Positions 40,558 through 54,700 of a stretch of DNA of 64,000 nt are shown here, one piece after another. This DNA comes from Antedon mediterranea (lineage: Eukaryota; Animalia; Echinodermata). The stretch covers positions 5,238,201-5,302,200 of the forward strand of contig NC_092679.1 of assembly GCF_964355755.1 (NCBI RefSeq). Direction: 5' to 3'. Position numbers and translations under genes: made by a program. How positions within the stretch are numbered: the first letter of the stretch is position 1; each line of letters opens with the position of its first letter. Under the pieces are notes generated by a model. It did no database searches. It was given only the letters and a program-made list of their open reading frames with translations, and was not told where the DNA came from.

Positions 40558-42374
40558 ATTTCTTTCAAATTGTATTCTTATAATATCACATGTGAATCGC
40601 ATTCGCTGCTGTACCTTTGGGAAAACAGGTCATGTCACTGTCTTTCCACACTGGTATTAAAATATTGTAAATAAGTGACCAGTCTTAGGTTTTAGTGTCC
40701 CTTTAATGCGTGATCAATGTCCGAATTTAATTACTGACCATTCTCTCTGGTAGAGATTGCGTCGGTCAATCATCATTAGTCATGTATAATAGCATCCATT
40801 ACCATTTGGTGGTTATTCGTTTAGTTTATCCGCTTTTGTGCGTTCACGTATCAAATAACAACGGCGGCCGTTTGGATAATAGGCACGATGAACTACTAGG
40901 TAGGTCGCACCATTTTGAACTCAGTCTCGATTTAATTACAGTGAATTATTATGTCGGATCGGAATAAAAACAGTGAACTAGTACCGCAAACCATAGAACA
41001 TGTTAATCGTTCAAAACACAAGGTAAAGATATATTAGTGTTGATATTTGTTAATAACATCGTAAATGCACCTTTATCAACATTTATATTTAAAGCAAAAA
41101 TGTATAAATATTATTATATAAAATATTTAGAATTTACTATTCGAATAATACATACATGTTCCTATATAATATACCTATATACAAATGCGTATACAGTTAG
41201 AAAATACGTATTCTCGTCAATGAACTGACCTATATTTTTATGTGACGTCACCGATACTGACAAACCGGTGTATATAAAAGTACGCAACGCACAACAAAAG
41301 CAATATTTGATTATTATGAAAAGAAGTGAAAATCTAAGCAATTGCATTGGCATTTATACTAAGGAGTGAAATATCTCACAGACAATAGCTCAACTTAAAT
41401 CCCTATTATTAATAAATACAAAAACATTTAGTTTGATGTCTTTGAGGGATTTGTTAGAAATAAACCAAAGTTAATTACCAGGTTGTGGTTGAAATCAAGG
41501 GTGCGAGTTATTCAATTATTTATCTATGTATTCTGCTTTCGTTTAAAAGAATTGGAATGGCTTTGGTCACGGTCTCTGCTTCTAATAGGCCACTGTACTT
41601 TGACAGTATACCGCTCTACTATCGTACACTGATTATTTGATATATCGCTGTAACACACGATATTTTTCTTGACAGAATAATTATCTCATTTCAACTGCAC
41701 TTTGTAAAATAAGTTCACAAAGAATTAATTGCATATACTGTACTTCAGAGACATCATATTTTTCACTTTTTTTGCCTTTTATCTTGTGGTATTCAGGACG
41801 CTTTTTGCATTTGTGGTAACATTCGGTATATAACATGATGCGCACTGCTTTTCCCAAAGGTATACTAACACATTTATTTAAAATGTTAAAACAATAGATA
41901 TTGTATGACAACATTTTAAACGGTGTTACCTTGTATCTATATTGTCGAACATGTGTCAGTTATATATTCATAATTTATTGTATACATTTTTATCATGAAA
42001 CTAATACCAATACAATGGGTTTGTCTTAATTTGAAAAACCAAGATTTAAAAACCAAAAACCAACCAAGATTCACAGTAGATCGTAGTATGGCACAATACA
42101 TGACAAATCTCGATTATTCAATATTCTCTTCAATAGACATATTTTATATGCTTTTTTTAAAAAGTTGTTTTTATATTGCTATTAAGTACATGATTTGCAT
42201 TTTTGTGTTGAAATATAGAGTTTATGTATTTTGACTGAAAGCTACACACTGTATGGAAACAAAGAAACCAAAGCAATTACAGTGGTTTCGAATTACACTT
42301 CAACGCTCGTCAAATAAGCATTGAATTTTAAATCTGTCGCTAAGTTGTCCAATGCTCGATCTTACATTGATATC

Positions 42375-42388
42375 GTTACCATGGCAAC
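42375..42388. promoter_or_regulatory. RFX X-box consensus site
   Basis: GTTACCATGGCAAC matches GTNRCC-N2-RGYAAC exactly. Confidence 0.5.
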
Positions 42389-43019
42389 ATCATCATGTCC
42401 AGTTGTTCACCAAATGAGAAGTAAATTTTTCTTTATATTTTCGTTGTTAAGTTATAAACAACTTTTCTGTAAATTTCTAAAATGTTCAATATTAATCCTA
42501 TTTTTATTTTTTTTATTACGTTTTAAAACTTGTGAATAATGGGGAACGCATTAGGCCTACTAGTTTTGTCGTAAATATGGATATTTTATGAAAATTTAAT
42601 ATTTACCTGCGGAAGTTCACAATCGGAGGTGATACTTACCGGTATTGTTATTATTATTACTAACAATTAAATTGTTGGGTCTACAGTACATTATCGATTG
42701 CACATTATTAAGCCTATAGGCTAAAAAGCAAAAACACAAATAAATCATTTTACTGTACAGTTAATACTTTTCAAAATTTATATCGTTAAAATAAATTATT
42801 TTTAATTTGAAATAAGATGTTCCCATACCTATCTAATAAAAAATGTTAGCAGATACAGTCCAATATTAGTGTTAGAGTACGTATCGTATGTAACACCTCC
42901 TTGCTGATCAAGGGAGTTTTGCACGAATAAGGACAAGACAGCAGAACGTATTGTGTTACAATTCAAGTTCACAATCGAGTTGTTGCCCCAAGCAGTCCAA
43001 ACCTTGCTTAGAGTTGGAG

Positions 43020-43190
43020 TGGTCAGGGGCTTGCTCAAGTTTATCTGGGAAACTTGCACAGAAACGCTTATATCGGGCCTAGGAATTCGCTTGGAGCGGT
43101 TCAAGAAGTTCACCAGCTCATCTGGGGGCTAGGAACATCCAGAAGCAGTTCACCGGGGCTAGAAACTAGCTCGAAGCGTTCCACCAGGGA
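43020..43190. repeat. Degenerate GC-rich ~30-bp minisatellite
   Basis: Recurrent GTTCACC(A/G)GGG(G)CTAG(G/A)AA...GAAGC units. Confidence 0.55.
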
Positions 43191-45119
43191 TTGATATTTA
43201 AAAATCCCTTTAGTTGAAGAAAACATTATAATTGTGCTAACAACATACTGGTGAATTGTACTTTGAATGAAACTTTAAGCGATTTGTATCACGTCTCTGA
43301 CACCTTAAGTGACAACAGATTCAACAAACGATATGACCCCTTTGATGACCCTGCTTAAATAATGCATACAGAATTTTAATTTTCAGTTATTAGTGTAGGT
43401 TCCCGCGATAATAGACGGAGCATAGTTATTGTGACGTCTTTCTCCAATTTATAATATTTTGAAATAAATATTATTTTATAAAAATTATTTAGTTATAAAT
43501 GGCTATCTAATTATATACGAGTTAATTAATTGGTTATTTATTTGGAAATGTAACATTATTAATATTAATCATACTATCTAATAGGATAATAGTAATGATG
43601 ATTGTTTATTGGTGTCGTTACGCACCTCGTTAACAACTCAATGTCCTATAAAACTGATATTCTTATAGATAGAATAGTAATTATTATGTCAGCCTCAATA
43701 GATGATCAAGACCTCTTTCAATTTAACAATAAACTTGTTAAAACAGAAATATAATGATCAAATGACCAAACTAATTATTTATTACGGCCCCTCACACACT
43801 TTATTTACGACAATGCTAACGTAATTAGGTTGAAATAATATTAACAGCAATAAAAATGAACGATAAAGGATTCATAAAATAATGAAACTCAAGAAAGCAC
43901 TGTTGTTATGATTATCAGATTGCACGGGTTGATAGGCCGCTTATGATTGGTCAAATAAATTGCTGGTGTGCACATTGCGTTGCGTCATATGAATCTAGAA
44001 CTCGTTCGACGTAACGTAAATTAAACGCGTTTTACAAACCAATAGAATTAAATCGCAGAAATTTTCGTTTGAGTGTAGTTCTTTTATTGGTTGACATCGG
44101 CCCAAAATAAAGCACTTAAGCGCATGCTCAGAATAAAACCAGGTTGTACATGGTAACAGATTTCAAAGCTATTGAGTGATAACATACCAATCTGGTAGTT
44201 TAGTAAGAAAATACGATATCTGATCAGGGTATCTACATCACTGGATTCTTTACATAAGATTGATTGGCGTATAATTCAATCATATCGAGTATTGAAATCT
44301 AGAAAAACTTGAAATCCCATTTATCTTCTACTTTAGATCGTGTGGTTTCGATAGAAAGCCAACGCACATGTATTCTTTTCACTAGACAATTAAACGGGTG
44401 TACTTTTTCGCAATTTTGAGGTCAAGTGTACCGTTAATAATATTTTGTTTAAACCGTAAATGATAAAACCAATTGTTCGAACAATTTTTGAGGTACCAGT
44501 ATACAGACCTAGTTTTGAAGATCACGAGAAATGAAGATATGTAGCGATGCGTAGCTTTTGAAACGAAGCAAAAAACAGCTGGCATTAATATGTTTAGGCC
44601 TATCAATTTTATCTCCACTAGGGTTCGAAGTACTAATTAGAAAATTGGAATTTTTTAATATAAATGTAATTGGTCACCATATTCCCTTGTTGTCAAATCA
44701 AATATCATAGACTTATTGTGAAGATAAACCCATTAATGATGAAGCGTACATTATGTTTGACGACGTATCAGGAGAAACATTATAGATAGTCTTAACAGGT
44801 GTCACGTGTATTTAGGATGACACTACAAAGTGGTTTTTAATTACTTTGTGTTCTCGTAAACTATTTTGATTATTATTATTATTATGTGTAATGCTTGTCA
44901 ACATAATTTTCTTAAATTTTATGAAAAAATCTGTCAAAGTATAGAATTACTTTTTGAAATAATTAGGACTGTCGTTGATTTATTAGTGTCACATTTGCTG
45001 TGAAGGGTGTGAATTAAATAATGATTCAGTACAGTACTGAAAATATGTCATTACGATCATTTTTAGTATTATCAATATCATTATTACTGATTTAATCATA
45101 ATCAGATTCATGGTTATAC

Positions 45120-45154
45120 CATGGAGGAAAAATAAATTTATTTTTTCCTCCATG
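45120..45154. mobile_element. 35-bp CATG-terminated hairpin micro-element with 7-bp TSD
   Basis: GTTATAC-CATGGAGGAAAAATAAATTTATTTTTTCCTCCATG-GTTATAC; TSD at 45113-45119 and 45155-45161 is perfect. Confidence 0.8.
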
Positions 45155-47129
45155 GTTATACTGTAACCATCGTAATCGCCACAAAAATCTTGACGTCCGG
45201 GCAATCTTTATTGCATCATCATTATCAGTCGACCCTCAACATCAACATCATAGTATTGGTGATACCAAGAACATTCAATCTCATCTTTACAAACCATCCT
45301 ACATATTGCATTTTGTTCATTCCATGATCGTCTTGATTGTCCCTTAATTTGCGGTGACTTTTGAAGTATTGTCATTTTTTTCTATTGAATTATCATAACA
45401 AAATCTCTTGTTTCATGAATAATTTGACATAAATACATTTGAATTACATACAAATTTATATTACACAATTGTTTGCATAACATTCCATTACCTGCAAAAT
45501 GATGGCACAAATGTAGAATAGTCTCAGCAGCAGTTCATTAACAAGTTGAATTACATCGCGATCTTAAGTGTTTTTACTGTATTCAATTGAATCACCTGTC
45601 TCATTCATAAATCTTAAACAAAAACACGTTAAAGAAACGTAAAACGTAACATTGATAATTGGCATTCATTTGGATTTTTTGTGTACAAAACTGTATTGAT
45701 GTCAGTATCTTAGAAAATAATAAATAAAACCAAGCAAGGTCGGATGTAAACACACACTAAATTGCGCACTTTGATTTCTCGGAAAAAGCAGCAAAATGGA
45801 TTGTATTTTGGGTTGGAAAACTTCTATGCATGGCTTCTAAATACCAATTTCTATTTTCGATTTTGTAAACCTTTTTGGAACTTTGAATACAGAGAATGTT
45901 TTTATTTCAAACATTCATATTATAAAGGTTGACAATGAGGTGTCCCATGAATAGGGGTGTTCCGAAGTAGGGATTCTAGTAGGCCTACTTATCGACAAAG
46001 TCATTTTATAAAATAATAACAGTAATAAAATACCCAGGCCGAAACATTCATATAAGTTTATTTCACAAAACATATATTATTGCGTGTGCGCACACGAGGA
46101 GTGTTGAGAAACTTGATCATATTTCAGAGGTAATTAAAGAAGTTTTAATTACCACTCGTTGCAACTTTTCTTTCTTTATTATTTAGACGAATGGACGAAC
46201 AAAGACAAGTTATTTGGACCAACTGGAACGCGTTCAAAACCAAGACGGTTTAACGCTTGGTGGAAAATGTGCTAAACGCGGCGCAAGTACCACGGCTTAA
46301 CAGAGTAGCCTGTAACTTGGACAGCAGTGTAATTAGGATTTACTTAAGATATTCTTCTTCTATGTCAGTTGTCAATCATGTTAGTCGAACAATAGATGAT
46401 CGTACTTGACATTTCTCCTTATTATGATTGGCAAAGCTAATAATATCAAATAAATGGCCTTCTCGCACAGCACTTCAAATTGTATTTACAAAAAAAAATT
46501 TTTATGTGGGCAACTGTTTGAGTCAGTCAATGCAGGCAGCGCTGAATGTATACATTTTTGGTTCAACCTATTTCACTATAGATATTTTCTATTTATAAAT
46601 GAAAAAATATAATATGCATGTCACACTGTAGGCCTAAATTGTAAAAAGGTTCCATTTTAAAGAATTTGATTTAATTTAATCGATCAAAAATAAGCTGGAT
46701 ATTATAAAAATGGACTTCTAAATTATATTTTTTAACAGTTTATTTTTGTTAACACGTCTTCATTTTCAAACGAAGCTTATTAAAATTGAAACCATATTCT
46801 GCTATTGCTATATATTTCAAATCAAATATCGATAATTGATAGGATGTTGTTGAATATAGGTAACAATAGATGGACATCTATATAGCTAGACTTACAGGTA
46901 TTATGACCAGATATCGGTTGCTGAATCACTTATCATTTTATCATATCACTATCAAGAAGTGAAATTTTAGATTCAACTGACAACGATGAGGTAGCTAAAA
47001 TACCGATTAAGAGATGTGATATTGAATTAAACACTAATTGATCAATTAAGTATTACATTTGTTTATTTGTTTATTTTTCTTGTTTATTAGTATGTAATGA
47101 AATCTAGAAAGTTGTAATTTGCTAATCGA

Positions 47130-47580
47130 TTCACTGACTGAATAAGTACAGCCATGACTGTAACTAAATGACTGACCCCTGGACGGTACCGTACTCGATT
47201 GAAGACTGAAAGAATTACTGACTGGTTTAAACTAAATGACTTTAATTTGAACAAACTGATTCACTAACTTTGAACAAACTGAGTTAATGACTTTGAACTG
47301 ACTGACTTTGAACTAACTAACTAACTGACTATACACTAACTAACTAACTAACCGATTGACTTTGAATTAACTAACTGACCGTGGAACATACTTAGTAACT
47401 GGATGACTTTGAACTAACTGACTCAAACTTTGAACTAACTAACTAACCGACTTTAAATTAATTAAAACTTACTTTGAATTAACTAACTGACTTTTAACAA
47501 ACTAATTAACATATTTTGAACTAACTGAATGACTTTGAACTGATTGATTCTGAACCAACTGACTGAGGACCAACTTTGAT
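47130..47580. repeat. Compound degenerate satellite: CTTTGA + (ACTA/ACTG)n
   Basis: About a dozen GACTTTGAACTAACT-like units with a variable number of tetranucleotides. Confidence 0.85.
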
Positions 47581-50539
47581 AATAACAAGGAAGAGTAAAA
47601 TTTGTAATTTCACTGATATAGTAACATAGACAATAAAGGTTTTTTTCTATAAAAAGTTACAATGTTCTGCAAAGTATGAATAAATAACAATTCTTGTCAT
47701 TGAATGAAGAGCACGTGAACATTTTAAATCTCAACGTGTTTTATTCGAGTTAGATGATGAAGACATTAATATTTACAGTATTACAATATTGGTTTTTGGT
47801 GACCCTTGACCTCTTATTGTCACACTTAAGCAAGACGTGTGGAAATAAATGAAATTTTAATGAAAATTGTGCAAAAAAAAAATTTCCAACCAACTGTTAT
47901 TATCATATTAGTATATCATAAAAAAAATCTTACCATGATGTAGTATAGTAAAAATATGTCCTAGGCTTGAACAATCGAGGTGTTTGTCTTTCTAGAAATA
48001 AGAGAGATGTACAGTAATCTTGTCATGTACCCGAAATAGATCCTCTTGACTTGAAATTGTAGAAATTAATCTGAAATAATAAACGAAAGAATTATAAATA
48101 AAAATAAAAACAAGATATGACTTGCTTCATCAAAATGAAGATACTGATTACTTTGCTTATAAAAAGAGAAAGCATTATTTAATTAAGCACACATAAGTTT
48201 ATTTCATTTATATTGATGTATTCGGGCCAATGGCCCATAATAAATGGTATAGGCAATGCTCCTAGAAAAGAAAGAAGATTATGATGAAGATGGTTATAAC
48301 AATATAACAATAAGAATGATTTTAAAACAATAGCCTGTACATAACAGTTATTATTGCCACGTTAAATTATATTTCTTGACAAACTTTCTTTGTCACTTAA
48401 GAAGTATCAAATTACACGATTCACAATGAAGCCTGGTAACTATTCAGAGCTATAACATTTAATGTCTTCAGTTTGGTTTATATCAAGTCACACGTGGGGA
48501 GTTTATTATTAATAACGTACAATAATTCATTCTGCATTACCTGAGTTGGTCGCTTTTTTCTGCTGGCACTTTGTAACCAGGATTTTTTTATAAACTCAAC
48601 TCTACCAGCAAAATCCTTTTTGATTTAAGTGTTTTAATCTTTAAACAAAGATTACTATGTTTTAATGACATACATGCAAAATAAATCTGAACTTGATGTT
48701 GTTAACAATAGCATTATAAACAATTTCCTTACACTATTTGTTTGTTGACGATAACTCATAATTAGTATGCTTTTAGTTTTACTAATTTTTGCTACATGAG
48801 ATTAATTTTGCAGTAAAACCATGAATATAAAATATACATTATTATACTAATAGTAATACTAATTTATTATGGTATGTCAGTAAAAATACCAAAAGTCATA
48901 TTGACGTACATTTTGTTAACAAGTAGTAGTATGAAGCGCCACAGAGCGATTACTAAATTTGAAACCTACAATGAGTTTAATATGTACATCAACATGTGCC
49001 TCTGTATATTGTACATTCGTAACATTGAAAAAACCTCGCATCCAGGATTAATATACCTTTTATTTAATGAGCATAGGATACGATTAATGTCTACAATGGG
49101 TTAGATATGAATCTATATTGCGGCTTATTCGATTATCAATCCTTCTGTCATCGTTCTAAAGTTTCATAACAAAAATAGGGTTCTGTAAAATAGTGTTCTA
49201 AAAAGTGCATTTACATTGTAGTAAAGTACTCACGTTTCTATTCTTTGTATTGTTACGTCAAATACGAAGAAGATTATATCTTGTTCTAGATGACCTACGA
49301 TAAATCAAAAAGGGGATTTACCTATTAACTTGTAATTTACTTTGTTAATGACCCATTTGTACACCCGATATCAGACAAGCATTTGTATAATACAGATAAT
49401 AGTCACTTTTGTGAAAAAATAAAGTAAGGTTAGGGCTATCGTCTCTTCATATCTGTGAAACTTAATTCAACATATCTATGACACAAACGGGACTTAATAT
49501 AATAATAATTATAATGACAATAGCGAAACGAGATTGTGTTTTAGGTTTTGGTAACAAATAAACATGCAGTAAGTGCGATACGGTACATGTGTTAGATACA
49601 ATATTTTGTTGCAAATTGTACAATTATGATGTTGTTTTGCATATAAAGAATTATCAAACTTAGGCCTATTTGTTACTTTTATAAATCTTTCCAATTTAAT
49701 AATAAAAAGTGGATATATTTGAAACAGACCATTTATGTTTTCATTAAAAAATCGATAATCAAGTAAGGGATGTTGCGGTCCTTTTTCAAGTGACCTGTGT
49801 CCAGTTGTCCGAACGAATAATTACCGCGTAATTGTAATCGAGGATACATGGGGCAGGGTGCCGGTACTAAGGACAGGTGGCCAAATATTGGACATCTGAC
49901 CAGTCCTGTTGAGAGGTTTACTGATATGTAGTTGTCAAAAACACGTCAATCATGTCTCTATTCACCACTGCAGCTGTACATTTCCAATTATGACTACTAC
50001 TAATTCGGGAAAACTTGATATGAAGAAGCTAATTTGATTTTTAGGGCCTGTCGATGCAGTTTGGGAACGGTTTTGACAATAAACATTGAATGCCACCATC
50101 GGTAACTTATATTTACACATCTGAGAAACTGTTAAGTTAAATATGATTAAGAACATTTAGGCCTATATGGTTTTTCATAGAATTCTCAAGCGTGTATTTC
50201 CAAAACAAGGATTTATGGTGGTTGGGGCTAATAAATATACCTACCTCAAAATAAAAGAAAAATAGCAATAAATCGATAACATTTTATTTATTACGAAGCA
50301 AAAACATGAACTGGGTTGAAATTAAATGGAAGTATGACGATAAATTTGCATCGGCTTTTTATATACAGGACACTAATACCAAGATAGAGCGGTGAATATC
50401 ATAATTCGCTACTCATGTCATTCAATACGGCCGCAAAATAGGTATTGATGACATATAATCTGAATAACTTGAATGAATTGAGACAGTATAAATCTATGTA
50501 TAATAGCGTCACCTTGATTTGTTTTAACCCTCGTGTTTA

Positions 50540-50985
50540 TCTACAGGTATCGTACAGTGTTTTTGCTTTTCTAAATGCTTTACTGAAATGAGTAATACAG
50601 TGGAGTAAGGATATTCTGCACTCCATGATAATTAATACAAATACAGTAAACAAAAGTTTGGTATTGATATGAGCAGCCAATAGGGCCAAAATAACTCTCA
50701 AGTTTGCCTACAGGTATGTGCAGTTAGCTTTTCTAAATACTTTGTAAGTACATTAATTAAATTATCCCAATAAGAAAGGAGCATCAGTCAGTGTTGGAGC
50801 CTGGTGCCTAGATAGTATGGGATGGGCAGCCATTGGCCCAAATATTATTCCCTCAATTTTATCAGTTACGGTAGCGTTTCTAAATACAATTATGGATTAA
50901 AGAATAAACTTTACTTCATTTATAATGTAATTTGTAAGTAGAAGTCTGGTACAGCAAGGTGGGCAGGCACCATGGCCAAAAACAA
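50540..50985. repeat. Highly diverged ~150-170-bp repeat x3
   Basis: GCTTTTCTAAAT/GCGTTTCTAAAT and G(A/G)GCAG..CA..GGCC(C)AAA motifs each recur three times at similar spacing. Confidence 0.55.
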
Positions 50986-51110
50986 AAACTAAAGGTAGGC
51001 CTAATAATAGTTATTGTACGCCATCTCGACCCATGTGTTCTAGATTGTATTAACAATACGGAGAATACGATTAAAGAAGGGAAATCTTACATAATTGTAA
51101 CATAACATGA

Positions 51111-51164
51111 TTTATACTTATAGGTCCTTCGGCTATTTATACTTATAGGTCCTTCGGCTATTTA
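51111..51164. repeat. 25-bp perfect tandem duplication
   Basis: TTTATACTTATAGGTCCTTCGGCTA x2. Confidence 0.92.
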
Positions 51165-51314
51165 TTTACAGAATATAATATGAATGGACGTAATGATACC
51201 AAATTAACGCCACTGATGGGCATGCTATCTATTCCACTTTGTTATGCTTTATGCTATGCTAGTTACTTACATAAGGGCCTATCAGTTGACTAAAATACCC
51301 GATTCAAAGTTTAA

Positions 51315-51603
51315 AGATGTATTGTCCCCCTGAAAAAATAATTATTGAATTTTTTTTGTTAAATATGCCATTTTAATGTCAAATTGTAATTTAAAGCAAA
51401 AAAATAGTCAAATTGGCTGCCAGCCAATAGATTTTTGGTTGAATTTAACCATTTATTTTGTCATTTTATAAGTGAAAACATTTTTTTTTTTAGTTTTGTT
51501 TTTCTACAGAAGTCATCAACTTTATTAAAACTACAAAATAACCTATTCAAAGTCTAATTTAATTAATCTTCATTGTTTGATGTTTTTGAGGGACAATACA
51601 TCT
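51315..51603. mobile_element. Kolobok-like MITE, copy 2
   Basis: TTAA-AGATGTATTGTCCCCC ... GAGGGACAATACATCT-TTAA. Intact TTAA TSD on both sides; homologous to 7871-8166. Confidence 0.85.
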
Positions 51604-54599
51604 TTAACGGTTCTTGTAAATAAATACATTCATTAAATTATGCCAAATAGAAGCAGGATGTGTTGCCTATAGCATTATTGAATAATTCACAATGTTCCTT
51701 CTAATGTTGCTTTATATAGTGTTGCTTTTCAGTATACGATTAGGCCTATATAAATTTGTTTTAAATACATCATTGATATAATAAAAACTTTGTATTCTTT
51801 ATATAATTGTTCGTGTGTATAGTATGTCACCGTCTCGGATTACTTTGCGTTCATCGTCATTGTTACAATCTCTACGACGAATTTATTTCATCGATAAACT
51901 AGGTATCTGCTTTACTGCATCTTCCTCTTTTTTTAAAGTAGGTTACAAAGATAAGCTAATTACAAACTCGATGTTTCCTTAAAAAGAAAAAAAATGACTG
52001 TAGCAATTCATCATAATCGTATGTACACGATGAAAATATAGAAAACAGCGTTAAATGTGTTTATGATTACATTGAGCTTGTTTTCTTAAAAAAGCTGAAA
52101 GTATGTCGTTCGACCTACTACTGCTCCATTAAAAATGATTTTATATTTTTCTTTTTGTGAAATTCGAGACGTTCAAGAATCACGGGTACATTATTGGGTA
52201 GTAGTTGCAGTATGCTTTTAACTATTTTCACTATATCCCCAAGGTGATGCCTTATTATGAATCTTCCGAAGATCATTAAAATAAAATTCTGGGCTTATAA
52301 TATAAAGTTGCTAAGAATGGGCTGAAAATTCGTTTCTATTTTTCATATTATTATGGATTATCTGTAACTTATAATGTCGAATTTAATTGAAAGATGATAA
52401 TTATCGAAATTAACCAAGAGAGCAATTTCACTAAACAAGGAATTATGGATATAAACAATGTTTTTTTTCCTTTTTCAAAACAACAATCTCGAATCTTTTC
52501 ATTTCTTTATTTTACGGAGGAAGAGCAGCTTCATCAGGAACTGAAGAAAGAAATTCATTCTTCTGTCAAATCTCTGAGAAGTAATCGTGTCATAAAGAAG
52601 GGTGAAGTAGTTAGTACAAAATGAAACCAAAAGAAAGAATGTCACACAAAACTGAACATTTTTATAGCAACTTTTAACAATTAGGCATCGAAACAGTAAA
52701 CAAATTATAAATATCCAAAATTTGAAACAAAACTAATATTTATTGTGGTTTTTCAAGAGAGGGTATGTATGCAAATATTCTTGATACACTATTTGTTGTT
52801 CAAATTAACAGGTATTTCAGAATTATACGAACTGGATTTGAAGTCGTTGATTTCGTTTCTGACGTCAGAAGAAGAAAGTTGACGTTTCTTATAATTATTG
52901 GTAGGTCTTTGTTCTCCTGACACATATCATCCTCTATCTTCTGACTAAAGATGGACATTATACCAGTTAGAAAATAAACACAGGTCTTTTTCTAAACAAT
53001 CATACGTAGCTTCAATAATTAATACGTTTTTCTTGCTGCAATAATGAGGACAAACCACGTGCGATACATGCCGTCCGAGCAACCTTGAAAAGCTCAAATG
53101 AGCTATTCGACGATTTACCCTGCTCGTGAGGTCAGAAACGACTCGTCTCAAATTAAAATTAGAGGTTTCGAAAACACAACTTAACCATTATCTGTAACTT
53201 GATCACATTGCTTGTCTTGCTACACGGCCGCCTTGTATTTACGCTTTGCTTCAGGGCCTCTCATTCCTAGGCCGAGCTAAGGGGTACCCGCCAGACGAGG
53301 GTTTCGAAGCGGACAAAATGCAATTTATCTCTACAAACATGTCTTTGTTTTAACGCGATATCAAATTTCTAGTAATGAATATTTAATTAATACTGAAAAA
53401 CGATTGCCATGATAACAAACCTAGCGTACATGATTGGATATTTCAAACAGTATGTTACAACAGTAAAAACCGTAGATTATTTTATCATTATTTGTTCAAT
53501 TATCGAAATGTCAAAAACATGCAACTATTAATTATACAGGTTAAGTAACAAATCCATTAATTTATTATCATTACTACTCAAGTTGATATTATTTATTTTA
53601 AATTCCCACTAAGAACATACACAATACAATTAGGCAATAAATTATTCAATAAAATACGTATGTGATGAAATAGATACAGTCATATAATATTTCGTTCTGT
53701 TATCTTACGAACACTTGAAGAAAATAATTTTCCAACAGAAAAAAATGGCATATGTTGAACCTTATAAAGATACGGATGCTACGGTGTCGGGTTACAGATA
53801 CACCAATATTGAGATTTTCATATCTTACTTAACAATAATTAGGCGAGATAGCATATTCTTCGATATGTTGGAGAATTAACGTTCTCTACAGTAACCTGAT
53901 ATACTGGCAAACACACTGGTCCCCCAGGCTCTCCGTCTTTTACATATTACTTTGTTTCTTGCTGTGGAGTTTATGAACCGTCGAGTATTTTTTATTGTCG
54001 TGAATCACAAATTTCCCATATCGTCATTTATTTATTAAACAATATTTCAAAATGGTGATGCTACCCACTAGCGCATATCATTAGAAACAAGGATTTTTTT
54101 ATAGATATTACAACTCATAAGGTATGATATCAAATACATGAATACAAATATTTAACGAAAACAAAATAAAGTTACCAGCTACAATTATTCTAGCAAATAC
54201 CTAACTAATTGGTAAACAGTAAAATATCGGAACATTTGGAACGAAATGGTAAGAAAATAATAATAATGTATATGCATATGATGATGGTGTGGTGATGACG
54301 ACATCATTATAAAATACCGAAATATACAGAACAAAATATAGGGTTAAACTAATTTATTTATAACAAATAAATTACTACTCAGAACTGAGGCTTACCAAGC
54401 CAAGCAATGGAACTCTCGAAAGACCATAAACAGATCTGCTAAAAAAAAACTTTAAATACTTGCTGGTACGAAAAGAAATGAACGTGTTGTAAAACATTCT
54501 TTCAGAGACTTATCAACCTCTGTTCAAGAGAATCTCAAATTAAAGTCTGAAACAACTGCAGTTATAGAAGCTATAGCGTGCAATTATAATGTTCTTATA

Positions 54600-54700
54600 C
54601 ATGGTTGCAGTCGCGTGTAATTTGAGTTAGTGTTTACCTACCGACCGACCAACCGACCGCCCAACCATCCGACCAACCGACCGACATAGTGAGCTGTAGA
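54600..54700 (+). mobile_element. Microsatellite-containing dispersed repeat (HINE-like), copy 2
   Basis: CATGGTTGCAGTCGCGTG...AGTTAGTGTTTACC-(GACC/AACC)n-GACATAGTGAGCTGTAGA. Confidence 0.65.

Noticed and set aside
41730-41870. Lys-rich minus-strand frame (ECYHKCKKRPEYHKIKGKKSEKY)
   Set aside because: Isolated, with no convincing splice pair or domain.
52500-52624. Exon-like stretch EEEQLHQELKKEIHSSVKSLRSNRVIKKGEVVSTK after a pyrimidine tract
   Set aside because: Poor acceptor, no partner exons and no recognisable homology.
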